A stretch of DNA of 64,000 nt from Terriglobia bacterium. GTDB lineage: Bacteria; Acidobacteriota; Terriglobia; 20CM-2-55-15. Below, piece by piece: positions 41,921 to 50,910 of this stretch; within the stretch, counting starts at the first letter, position 1; every line of letters begins with the position of its first letter. The DNA is taken from the NCBI GenBank assembly GCA_963664115.2, contig CAXWPJ010000002.1, positions 960,001 to 1,024,000 on the forward strand, written 5' to 3'. A model generated the notes under the pieces. That model saw only the letters and a program-made list of their open reading frames with translations. It searched no databases and was not told the DNA's origin. The position numbers and the translations under genes were made by a program.

Positions 41921-42322
41921 ATGATCATCGGAACGATTCTGGAAATCGCGCTGAAGCTCACGGGCCTGAAGGATCAACTGGATCAGGCTCGGAGAGAGCG
42001 CCGCGACAGGATTGCGGACTACTTCATGCAATTGAGTAAGACCCTTAAAGATGCCCATGAGTCGCTGAGTCAAGGGATGATTCCGCACGGCACTTGCGAG
42101 GAAATGCTTTACCATGCCCGCAGCCTGGCTACCACGGTACAGGATGAAATTGGAGAAGCTGAGGCGAAGAAGCTAGCCGAGAGTATGGAAGAGGCGCATG
42201 CTCTTGAGCAGTTGCTTTCTGAACTCCATGATGAGGGGGCCCGTCAACAGACACTTGCAGATCTTGATCGTGCACGCGGTATGTTCAAAGCCCTTGGCGT
42301 GTCGATGCGTGGGGCGAAGTAG
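41921..42322 (+). CDS. Hypothetical helical protein, possible integron cassette gene
   Basis: AAGGAG RBS; GTTAGAC upstream and an attC-like left half downstream. Confidence 0.65.
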   Translation: MIIGTILEIALKLTGLKDQLDQARRERRDRIADYFMQLSKTLKDAHESLSQGMIPHGTCEEMLYHARSLATTVQDEIGEAEAKKLAESMEEAHALEQLLSELHDEGARQQTLADLDRARGMFKALGVSMRGAK

Positions 42323-42523
42323 CGAGTGATGCGCATATTGGGTAAATAGGCGTGTAACAAGCAACTGCACTTGACGAGGCGCGCGCACCTTTTCACGCCT
42401 CCATTCAGGTGGCGGGTCGCGAAATAATTAGGGGCCGGATTGCTCCGACCCCTGAAACGCTCGCCTTCTTTGGTTGTCTCTGGGTACTTGGCTTTCGACG
42501 TGGCGCTGCAGCGGTGAGGCACG

Positions 42524-44707
42524 ATGGCACAACCTAAGGTTTCAGCCGCTGGAGGATGGGCCGCGGTTCGTTATTCCCTCCGCATGGGCCGCCAGGCCGG
42601 CGGCTTCCTCAAATTATACAGCCGTCTTCGGAAGCGGAACGTTTGTAAAACCTGCGCTCTGGGGATGGGTGGACAGACGGGTGGAATGGTCAATGAGGCT
42701 GGCCACTTTCCCGAAATTTGCAAAAAATCTCTGCAGGCCCAAGCCGGAGACATGCAGGCGCCGATCAGCGTCGGGCAACTCGAGAGCCATCCCCTGTCAC
42801 GGCTCGAGAAGTTCACGTCGTTGGAACTCGAGCGCATGGGGCGCATCGGGTTCCCGATGATCGCCCGGGAGGGCGACACCCATTTCAGTCGTATCGGTTG
42901 GGACGACGCTCTCGACATGGCCGGGGCCGCGTTTCGAGAAGCGTCGCCTGAGGAAGTCTTTTTCTACTCCTCGGGCCGATCGAGTAACGAAGCCGCCTTT
43001 CTCATGCAGTTGGTTGCCCGTGCCTATGGGACGGGAAACATCAACAACTGTTCCTGCTATTGCCATAACGCGTCGGGCGCCGCCCTCGCCGGTGTATATG
43101 GATCCGGAACTGCGTCAGTGGTTCTTGAAGACCTGGAACGCGCTGACCTCGTAGTGATCGCGGGGGCGAATCCTCCGAGCAATCATCCCCGTCTGATGAC
43201 GCAACTGGTCAATCTGAAGCGGCGAGGCGGCAAGGTGATCGTGGTCAACCCTCTGCGCGAACTCGGTCTCGTGCGATTCCGTGTGCCTTCGGACTGGCGA
43301 AGCATGCTCTTCGGATCCGCGATCTCGGACCTGTACCTGCAGCCGCACGTTGGCTCCGACGTCGCACTGTTCAAGGCTTTCTTGAAGGGAGTGATCGAGA
43401 AGGGCGGTTTGGAAAACGAATACGTCCAGCGCTACACGGAAGGATGGGCCGACGTCCGTCAAGATATCGAGACGACATCCTGGGAAGACCTGTGTGGTGT
43501 CAGTGGTGTGTCCAGGGAGGAAATAGCGTCCGCTACTGAACTGCTGGTTCGGGCACGACGCGGTATTTTTTGCTGGGCGATGGGGTTGACGCATCACAGC
43601 AACGGTGTCGACAACGTTCTTGGACTGGCTAACCTGGCACTGGCGCGGGGCTGGTTGGGCCAGCCCGGTAGCGGCCTCTTGCCGATCCGGGGGCATTCGA
43701 ATGTTCAAGGTGTCGGATCGGTCGGTGTTACCCCCGCATTGAAGAAGGGGTTTGCCGAAAAGCTCGAGAAGCTTTATGACCTTGGGCCGATTCCCGAGCC
43801 CGGGATGGACACATTCCATTCGATCGAGGCTGCGGCAAAAGGGGAGATTCGCTCTGCTTTTCTGCTGGGAGGTAACCTGTTTGCCAGTAATCCGGATCGA
43901 AGTTGGGCGGGGCGAGCCCTCGCCAAGATCCAAACGACAGTGCATGTTTCCACGAAGCTGAACGAAGGCCACGTCCATGGTCGCTCCCGGACGGTTCTGA
44001 TTCTGCCGGCACTGGCGCGTGATGAAGAAATCCAGACGACCACCCAGGAGTCCATGTTCAATCTCGTTCGGCTTTCTGAGGGCGGTAGCCCCGCGCTTTC
44101 GCCGGAAATGCGTTCGGAAGTGGAGATCATTGCTTCCCTGGCCGAGCGGATCCTGCCCCCGGACCGCTTCGATTGGTCCGCGTTGCGTTCGCACCGGCAA
44201 TTGCGTCACGCGATATCCCAGACCGTGTCGGGCTATGAGGCGATCAGACGGATCGACGAACCCGACGGAGGGGAGTTTCAGATCGGTGGGCGAACGTTTC
44301 ACCAGCCGACCTTTGAGACCTCGGGGGGGAAGGCAACGTTCCACGTCACTGCATTGCCGGATCTTGAGATGAAGAGTGACGAATTCCGGTTGATGACCCT
44401 GCGTTCGGAAGGGCAGTTCAACACGGTTGTCTACGAGGAAGAAGATCTCTACCGGGGTAATTCCCGGCGTGACGTCGTCATGCTGGCCGATGCCGATGCA
44501 CGGCGGCTTGGAGTGCGGGAAGGCAAGCGCGTGCGGGTGATCACCGAAGCAGGGGATCTGGAAGTCACAGTGGCGATCGTCGATATCCGGCCGGGTAACC
44601 TGGCCATGTACTATCCGGAAGCGAACACGCTTGTTCCCAAACGGATCGATGCCCGTTCAGGCACCCCCGCCTTTAAATCGGTTGTCGCAAGAATCGAAGT
44701 TTCCTAG
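42524..44707 (+). CDS. FdhF/YdeP family molybdopterin oxidoreductase
   Basis: FYSSGRSSNEAA, NCSCYCH, WAMGLTHH, RGHSNVQG, LRSEGQFNT, SGTPAFKS. Confidence 0.93.
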   Translation: MAQPKVSAAGGWAAVRYSLRMGRQAGGFLKLYSRLRKRNVCKTCALGMGGQTGGMVNEAGHFPEICKKSLQAQAGDMQAPISVGQLESHPLSRLEKFTSLELERMGRIGFPMIAREGDTHFSRIGWDDALDMAGAAFREASPEEVFFYSSGRSSNEAAFLMQLVARAYGTGNINNCSCYCHNASGAALAGVYGSGTASVVLEDLERADLVVIAGANPPSNHPRLMTQLVNLKRRGGKVIVVNPLRELGLVRFRVPSDWRSMLFGSAISDLYLQPHVGSDVALFKAFLKGVIEKGGLENEYVQRYTEGWADVRQDIETTSWEDLCGVSGVSREEIASATELLVRARRGIFCWAMGLTHHSNGVDNVLGLANLALARGWLGQPGSGLLPIRGHSNVQGVGSVGVTPALKKGFAEKLEKLYDLGPIPEPGMDTFHSIEAAAKGEIRSAFLLGGNLFASNPDRSWAGRALAKIQTTVHVSTKLNEGHVHGRSRTVLILPALARDEEIQTTTQESMFNLVRLSEGGSPALSPEMRSEVEIIASLAERILPPDRFDWSALRSHRQLRHAISQTVSGYEAIRRIDEPDGGEFQIGGRTFHQPTFETSGGKATFHVTALPDLEMKSDEFRLMTLRSEGQFNTVVYEEEDLYRGNSRRDVVMLADADARRLGVREGKRVRVITEAGDLEVTVAIVDIRPGNLAMYYPEANTLVPKRIDARSGTPAFKSVVARIEVS

Positions 44708-44782
44708 AACTGATACTGCATGCCCGTTTCGATCCGTCTACGGAAACCGCTTTCCCGCCGACCGAGGTCGGGCTGGTGGTGA

Positions 44783-44855
44783 ATCAACACGCCCCCAGAT
44801 CAACATCGTCGTGAACTGGTTTGCAGAACTGAGGGTACGGCTGCCGGTTCCGTAA
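44783..44855 (+). pseudogene. Isolated C-terminal tail of a kinase-propeller-type gene
   Basis: PQINIVVNWFAELRVRLPVP* matches PPINTVLNWFEELKERVPVP* ending at 23356. Confidence 0.6.
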
Positions 44856-44870
44856 ATTACCATGAGAATG

Positions 44871-44909
44871 ATTCTCAGCGCCTGATCGATCATCCTGTCG
44901 GAAGTTGAC
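44871..44909. repeat. Bulged palindrome, degenerate copy 4
   Basis: ATTCTCAG CGCC T GATCG atcatc CTGTC GGAA G TTGAC; same ATCATC loop as copy 1. Confidence 0.45.
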
Positions 44910-45061
44910 CGTGTTCCAGGCGAACATCCGCCCGAAAATATCAGGAGCTGAACGGATCAGGGCTTGTCTGTATGTCGATGTCTGGGGCACCGTATATTGA
45001 AGTTACGTAAGAACACGGGTTCAAAATTATTTCAGCCAAGAATCGAGGGAGATTTAACAGG

Positions 45062-45623
45062 ATGATTTTCGAACAGATCCGGGTGGACGGTGACCGGAAC
45101 CTGGCTTACCTGATCGGCGACGGGAATAGCAAACGAGTGGCCATAGTCGACGCGTCTTATGCGCCCGAGCGCGTTTTGGAAAGAGTGCAACATCACGGGA
45201 TGGAACTCTGCTATATCATCAGCACGCATTCGCATCCGGATCATATTGCCGGCAATGGCTACCTTGTCGAACGCACCGCGGCGCCGGAAGTTCTGCACGA
45301 AAGTACCCCGCATCCCTGTAGTGTGCGTGCTGGTAGAGAACAAATTGCTGACCGGCGATATTCTTTTCGTCGGAAAGGTCGGTGGTACCGGTCCACATTT
45401 TCCTCGAAGCGACCCACGCCAGCAGTGGGACAGCCTGCATCGATTGATGCATCTCGACCCATATACTGAGGTATGGCCAGGGCACGACTATGGGGTGCAA
45501 CCCTCGTCTACGATTGGCAACGAGATCGCCACCAATCCCTTCCTAATGACGAAGACCTACGAAGAGTTTATCCACCTCAAGGAACACTGGGCTGAATTCA
45601 AGAAAAAGCACAACATTTCCTAA
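45062..45623 (+). pseudogene. MBL-fold hydrolase (glyoxalase II-like) with an internal deletion and frameshift
   Basis: THSHPDH in one frame, LTGDILF and WPGHDY in another; the H.PGH segment is missing at about 45325. Confidence 0.8.
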
Positions 45624-45800
45624 TAGAGAACGCCAGGTTCACAGCCTTGTGCCGTGGGACCGCAGCTTGGCTCTTGCCCTCGATGTCACGGCTATCACGC
45701 CGGCGAACCAACATGATCCGCGGTGAACAGGCGTAGTAATCTATTTGCGAGTCAGACCCTTCAGAGCTTCAATGGCTAGATATGACAAGGGAGAGAAAAA

Positions 45801-46808
45801 ATGAAGGCGGTCGTTTTACATGAAAAAGGTGGCCCGGAAAGTCTGAGAATCGAGGAAATCGATACGCCTCAAGCGGGCCCGGGTGAGGTACGGGTCAAAC
45901 TCAAAGCCTCGGCACTGAATCGGCGTGACTACTGGATCACGATCGGCCGGTATCCCGGAATGACCTATCCCATCACTGCAGGCTCCGACGGAGCCGGTGT
46001 GGTTGATGCTGTTGGCGAAGGCGGGGATATGTCTGCAATCGGAAGGGAAGTCGTGGTCTACCCGGCACGGGCGTGGGGCGACAGTCCACGCAAGTTCGGG
46101 CCTGATTTTCGGGTCTTGGGAATGCCCGATCAGGGCACCTTTGCAGAGTATATCTGTGTTCCGGCGAGCGATGTGTATGCCAAACCGGGACACTTATCCT
46201 GGGAACAGGCAGCCGCCGTTCCCCTGGCGGGTCTCACATCCTGGCGCGCAGTGGTGACGCATGCAGAAGTGGAACCGGGCCAGAAAGTTCTGGTGACAGC
46301 CGCCGGAAGCGGTGTGTCGACTTTCGCCATCCAGTGGGCCCTGGCCCGCGGTGGGGAAGTTTATGTCACCAGTGGGAGTGAAGGGAAGATTGACAAGGCG
46401 AAAGCAATGGGTGTGAGCGGTGGTGTGGTCTATCGCCAGGAAGAATTCACGAAGGAGCTTCGGAGGCTGTCCGGCGGCTTCGATGTGATCGTCGACAGCG
46501 CCGGTGGAGACGGCATCAACGTCTTGCTGGACACACTGAACGGCGGCGGCCGGTATGTGTTCTTTGGCGCAACGCTGGGTAATGCCTCCACCGGACTGGA
46601 AATGGCGAAGCTGTTTTTTCGACATATCCGTATTCAGGGCACGACCATGGGTTCACCGAAAGAATTTGCTGCGATGATGCAGTTTATCGCTGCGAATAAG
46701 ACCCAACCGATTATCCATCAGGTCTTTGCCATGGATGAGGCCGTGGCGGCGCACAAATTGATGGAGAACTTCAGCCAGATGGGCAAGATCGTGTTACGCA
46801 ACGAATAG
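45801..46808 (+). CDS. MDR superfamily NAD(P)H:quinone oxidoreductase-like protein
   Basis: GSDGAGVV, GTFAEY, AAGSGVS, GKIVL. Confidence 0.88.
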   Translation: MKAVVLHEKGGPESLRIEEIDTPQAGPGEVRVKLKASALNRRDYWITIGRYPGMTYPITAGSDGAGVVDAVGEGGDMSAIGREVVVYPARAWGDSPRKFGPDFRVLGMPDQGTFAEYICVPASDVYAKPGHLSWEQAAAVPLAGLTSWRAVVTHAEVEPGQKVLVTAAGSGVSTFAIQWALARGGEVYVTSGSEGKIDKAKAMGVSGGVVYRQEEFTKELRRLSGGFDVIVDSAGGDGINVLLDTLNGGGRYVFFGATLGNASTGLEMAKLFFRHIRIQGTTMGSPKEFAAMMQFIAANKTQPIIHQVFAMDEAVAAHKLMENFSQMGKIVLRNE

Positions 46809-46919
46809 GGACCCGGCAGTCTGAACGGAGGGAATCCTCAAATCGATAATAAATTCCTTTCCGGGAAACCCGGAGCGGTTCGTTAGTTCGTGTACTAATA
46901 ATTCGGGATACTGGAGCCC

Positions 46920-46973
46920 ATGGTTAGAAGTTCGGTTTTTGATGAATTCGTTCTTGCCCATCCGATCATTTAA
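46920..46973 (+). CDS. Candidate 17-aa leader/small peptide MVRSSVFDEFVLAHPII
   Basis: GGAG 3 nt before ATG; a terminator follows 35 nt after the stop. Confidence 0.3.
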   Translation: MVRSSVFDEFVLAHPII

Positions 46974-47008
46974 TTACTCTTAACGCCTCGGCTTCCGCCT
47001 CGTTGTTC

Positions 47009-47040
47009 ACCCGCACCGTCGGACCGGTGCGGGTTTTGTT
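47009..47040 (+). terminator. Intrinsic terminator or attenuator
   Basis: ACCCGCACCG-tcggac-CGGTGCGGGT followed by TTTGTT. Confidence 0.7.
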
Positions 47041-47065
47041 ACGGACAAGACTTCAATTACGTCAA

Positions 47066-47218
47066 TCCCCAACAAGCCTCTCCATCAGGATGATGGAGAG
47101 GGTCGCCGGTCGTTCGGCCAGGATGGCCGATTGAACGACCGAGCGAAATCTTTATTCGTGCGGTGCCAACTCAGCGTCGCAACTGAGTTATCTTCATTGA
47201 CCATCTGTTCGTTGGGAG
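47066..47218 (+). ncRNA. Candidate structured RNA with CAGGATG hairpins
   Basis: CCTCTCCATCA-GGA-TGATGGAGAGG; GGTCGTTCGGCCA-GGA-TGGCCGA..GAACGACC; AACTCAG/CTGAGTT; possible CCCAAC/GTTGGG closing stem. Confidence 0.4.
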
Positions 47219-47225
47219 TTGCTGC

Positions 47226-47972
47226 TTGGACTATGTACTGATCATTGTTGCTGCTCTGATTGCGGGGACCATGAACGCGGTGGCGGGAGGGGGGTCCTTT
47301 CTAACCTTTCCGGCGCTTGTGTTCATTGGCGTGCCGCCGGTCGTCGCGAACGCGTCCAGCACGGTGGTCCTGTTTCCAGCTTCTTTCGCCAGCGCGTGGG
47401 CTTACCGGAAAGATCGTAAGAATTTTGGAGACCTTGGTTTCAAGGCGATGGCTTTAATGAGCGTAGCCGGAGGCACCCTCGGAGCCACCTTGCTGCTGTC
47501 CCTTCCTGAAACCGCTTTCGATTTCATCATTCCATGGCTTCTGCTGGTGGCGACCCTGGCTTTTGCGTTCGGTCCCTACCTTCGCTTGAAACTTCAACGG
47601 GAAATCAAACTGAACGCTCCCGTGTTCCTTGCCGTGCAGTTTGTTGCGGCTATCTATGGGGGCTATTTTGGTGGGGCCGTCGGCCTGATATTGCTGTCAT
47701 TCTGGGGACTGTTCGGATTCTCCGACCTCCGAATGCTGAACGCGAACAAAACCCTGCTTGCAGGTTTGATGAACGCTGCCGCCGTTGTCATTTTCATCTC
47801 GGCCGGCCGCGTGTCGTGGACGGAGACCTTGGTGATGTTGGCCGCGGCGATTACCGGAGGTTACTTCGGGGCGCGCGTAGCCCGGCGGTTGAATCCTAGG
47901 TTCGTTCGCGCTCTGATCACGGTGATCAGCGTCGGTGTGACCATCGCGTTCTTTGTGCGCAGCTTCTCGTGA
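47226..47972 (+). CDS. Sulfite exporter TauE/SafE family
   Basis: AGGGSFLTFPAL, YGGYFGGAVG, multiple TMs. Confidence 0.9.
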   Translation: MDYVLIIVAALIAGTMNAVAGGGSFLTFPALVFIGVPPVVANASSTVVLFPASFASAWAYRKDRKNFGDLGFKAMALMSVAGGTLGATLLLSLPETAFDFIIPWLLLVATLAFAFGPYLRLKLQREIKLNAPVFLAVQFVAAIYGGYFGGAVGLILLSFWGLFGFSDLRMLNANKTLLAGLMNAAAVVIFISAGRVSWTETLVMLAAAITGGYFGARVARRLNPRFVRALITVISVGVTIAFFVRSFS

Positions 47973-48049
47973 TGACCCGAGAAAGAGGTGTAGTCTGACC
48001 CGTTCCGTTCCACCAGGAGCGATATCGTAGCTGCGGTTCTCGAAGGTCG

Positions 48050-49333
48050 TTAGAACTCCGGTCGCGGGAAGATCAGGCCGGAAAAGACGATCCAGACCAC
48101 GAGCAGTGTCAGCAGAACATTCAATGTCTGCCCCGCCAGGTAGAGCAACAGAGGTTTTCCACTGCCCATTTGTTTTCCGAGCTGTCGAAAATCTGACTCC
48201 AGGCCGATCGAAAGGAAAGCCAGACAAAAGAACCAGCTTCGGTAGTCACTGGTGACGTCGATCGCCCGGTCGACTGCATCGCCGCCCAGCAGTGGTACGA
48301 GGAAGAACGAAACAATGAAAGAGGCTCCGATGAAACCCAGAACGAACTTCGGAAAGCGGTTCCAGATTTCACCGAGCTGAGGCCGGCCGCCTGAGCCGGG
48401 TTCGATGCGAGCGACCCAATATAGAGCCACGCCGAAAGCGATGATGCCGATCAGGATATTCTGAATCATCTTCACCACGGCAGCGGTCTGCATCGCGTCA
48501 TCGCCGAGAATCTGTCCTGCCGCTACAACGGCTCCCGTTGAATCCACCGTGCCTCCGATCCATGCACCGGCGACGATCGGGTCCAGATTGAGGGCCTGCG
48601 CGAGGAAAGGCATACCCACCATCATCAGGACCGTGAATATCAGCGTCATCCCGACCGCCAGCGTCAGTTCTTCTTTTCGAGCGCGACAGGCGCCGGCCAC
48701 AGCGATCGCCGCCGATACACCGCAAACCGAGGTCGCCGCCGCTATGACCATCGCGAAGGACGGTGAGAGTCCGAATCGGCGAAATCCGAGCCAGAACATC
48801 GAAAGCAAGACGACGGGCGTCACACCCCAGGCCACGATCAAACCGTACTGACCCAGCTCCAGAATTCTACCGAAGATGACCTCGGCGCCCAACAGGACCA
48901 AGCCTATCTTGATGAAGAGCTCTGTTCGAACCCCAGGCCGCAACCAGTCCGGGGTTCCGATGATATTACTGATGATCAGGCCAAGGACCAGGGCCCATAA
49001 GGCGTATCCCAGGCCAAAGGCTGCGAGCACTTCATTGGCTGCGATATAGAAGGAGACTGTCGCCAGGACGAACACTGCTGGAAAAGCGCGGATGTAAGCG
49101 CCGGTGTTATCTCCGAGCGTCCCGACGGCTATCGTTGTCAGTGCACCCGCTCCGAGCATCAAAAGAACCAGTGGAAGGATCAGCGATGCGGGAAGTCCCG
49201 ACAGGGGTGAAGACCACTGGGGAATTCCTGGAACGTAGGAAACCATGCCCGCGAAAACCGACGCCAGGAGCGCGAAACCGATCCACACCGACCACCAGTC
49301 CTCTCGCGTTACGAATTCCTTGAGCCAACTCAT
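48050..49333 (-). CDS. YeiH/UPF0324 putative sulfate exporter family transporter
   Basis: EDWWSVW, KIGLVLLG, SVCGVSAAIA, WIGGTVDSTG, RFPKFVLGF. Confidence 0.9.
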   Translation of the reverse strand: MSWLKEFVTREDWWSVWIGFALLASVFAGMVSYVPGIPQWSSPLSGLPASLILPLVLLMLGAGALTTIAVGTLGDNTGAYIRAFPAVFVLATVSFYIAANEVLAAFGLGYALWALVLGLIISNIIGTPDWLRPGVRTELFIKIGLVLLGAEVIFGRILELGQYGLIVAWGVTPVVLLSMFWLGFRRFGLSPSFAMVIAAATSVCGVSAAIAVAGACRARKEELTLAVGMTLIFTVLMMVGMPFLAQALNLDPIVAGAWIGGTVDSTGAVVAAGQILGDDAMQTAAVVKMIQNILIGIIAFGVALYWVARIEPGSGGRPQLGEIWNRFPKFVLGFIGASFIVSFFLVPLLGGDAVDRAIDVTSDYRSWFFCLAFLSIGLESDFRQLGKQMGSGKPLLLYLAGQTLNVLLTLLVVWIVFSGLIFPRPEF

Positions 49334-49563
49334 CGCATATCCCTCGATAGATGCCCGGCGTTTGCCGCCTCAGGCCTGCGGAGTTCTTCCAGATTCACTT
49401 CCGTATAAAAGAGAGCGCCTGCGTCGAATCCGTCTTCAAGATTCCGGGCGGGCACAGGACCCAGCCATCCTTTCGTTGCCACCGGCTCCAGCACTGTAAT
49501 GAGCAAGCAGACGAAGATGGGAAACAGGATTATGACCAACACTGTTCGTTTTCGAGATGTCAT
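49330..49563 (-). CDS. Small single-TM protein coupled to the YeiH gene
   Basis: ATGA overlap with the downstream start; TM followed by DAGALFYTE. Confidence 0.6.
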   Translation of the reverse strand: MTSRKRTVLVIILFPIFVCLLITVLEPVATKGWLGPVPARNLEDGFDAGALFYTEVNLEELRRPEAANAGHLSRDMR

Positions 49564-49672
49564 GGGTTTTTCCGTCGTTCAGGTCCGACAATTAGATAGG
49601 AAGTTGTTATGTATGGCAAACGCAGTGGGTGTTCGTTTTCCAATATTCAGAGCAGTTTTCCTGGAAGCTCGC

Positions 49673-50347
49673 TCACATCCACTTGTCGCGATCTTTGTAG
49701 GCCTTGAAAGGTGTGTTCGGGTGGTCTTTCTTAAACTCGAGAAATTTCTTGAGCATTTGCTCGTGGCGCCGAATCGACGTCTTGAGCGCCGCATGCGGCA
49801 TATCGATCAAGAGCCGTTCGACTGCCCACACGTTCCGTTTCGAAAGCCTCCAATTGCTCCGGGTAAATTCCCTGAGGTCAGCGACTCCGTAAGCGATGAT
49901 CCGCCCTGAGCCGTCGACGTAGGGATCGACATAACTGAGTGCCAGTTGCCGAATCGTTCGAAAGACCGGTTTACGTCCGTGCAGTCCCACGTCCCGGGAT
50001 TTCGCAATGGTTCCCCACATTCCCCTGACGCTGAACAGGAACAGCACATGGTCCAGATAGTCGACTGATTCCAGATCGAGCAGCAGGGGCGGGTGGCCAT
50101 GTTGCTCCATGATCGTTGCCGCGGAAAGTGCGGCCTCAATACAGTTGGCGCTGCCAGACCGCACGACTTCCCGAAAGGTTCTCAGGGTGTGCGGTTCCCA
50201 GTTGTAGGGCAACGAACGCAGATATTTTTGGACCTGAAGGGGCGTTCGGTGTTGTTGAATAACCGATTTTTCCTTTCGGTTGAACTCAGTCGAAGACGGC
50301 CTTCGGTAATTTTTTCCCGCGTCCGGTTTCGGTCGTTTTCCAGTCAA
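49673..50347 (-). CDS. Vasohibin-like (transglutaminase-fold) cysteine protease
   Basis: VQKYLRSLPYN, CIEAA, DHVL, WGTIAKSR, KPVFRTIRQLALSY. Confidence 0.7.
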   Translation of the reverse strand: MTGKRPKPDAGKNYRRPSSTEFNRKEKSVIQQHRTPLQVQKYLRSLPYNWEPHTLRTFREVVRSGSANCIEAALSAATIMEQHGHPPLLLDLESVDYLDHVLFLFSVRGMWGTIAKSRDVGLHGRKPVFRTIRQLALSYVDPYVDGSGRIIAYGVADLREFTRSNWRLSKRNVWAVERLLIDMPHAALKTSIRRHEQMLKKFLEFKKDHPNTPFKAYKDRDKWM

Positions 50348-50364
50348 GAGAAGTTCAAGATGGT

Positions 50365-50910
50365 CTATGACGACGCCTTCGCTGCCTGGGCCATTCGCTC
50401 CTGCATTCGGCGGGTCAGGTGTGGCACGATACCGATCATGCGTTCGATCAGCATGAGTTGGCCTCGATGATGCATCTCGTGCTCTTTGACCGAGAGCAAT
50501 ATCTCGAATCTGCTTTTCGCGGGCGGCGTTGCGCCTTCCGGCATTTCAACGGACTCTCCAAGGAACTCTTCGGACACGCTCTCGACAAACTGTGCCCAGA
50601 TTTCACCGTTTTTCTTGAGCAGATCGATCACCTCATCCTTGGTTCGCGACTGTGCCTCCTCCGCTCCGAGTTTCTCCATAGTGCCGCGGAAATCGTAACC
50701 CTCAAGCGTCGTTCTACGCTCGACGGCGTTGATCTGATGCCAGAAGCTGTAGGAGAGTGCAATGTGTGTGAGTAGCTTCTCAACCGTCCGGGTCTGGGGC
50801 CCGGCCTGATAGCCGTACTGTTCGTCCGGAATGTCTTCCGCGATCTGAATCGTATTCTGACGGACGGTTCGAATGCTGGCCGCCAATTCTTTTGTACCGT
50901 AGTAGTTCAT
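50365..50910 (-). CDS. DinB family protein
   Basis: RT...LLTHI, HEMHHRGQL; RBS GGAGG before ATG 50910. Confidence 0.88.
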   Translation of the reverse strand: MNYYGTKELAASIRTVRQNTIQIAEDIPDEQYGYQAGPQTRTVEKLLTHIALSYSFWHQINAVERRTTLEGYDFRGTMEKLGAEEAQSRTKDEVIDLLKKNGEIWAQFVESVSEEFLGESVEMPEGATPPAKSRFEILLSVKEHEMHHRGQLMLIERMIGIVPHLTRRMQERMAQAAKASS

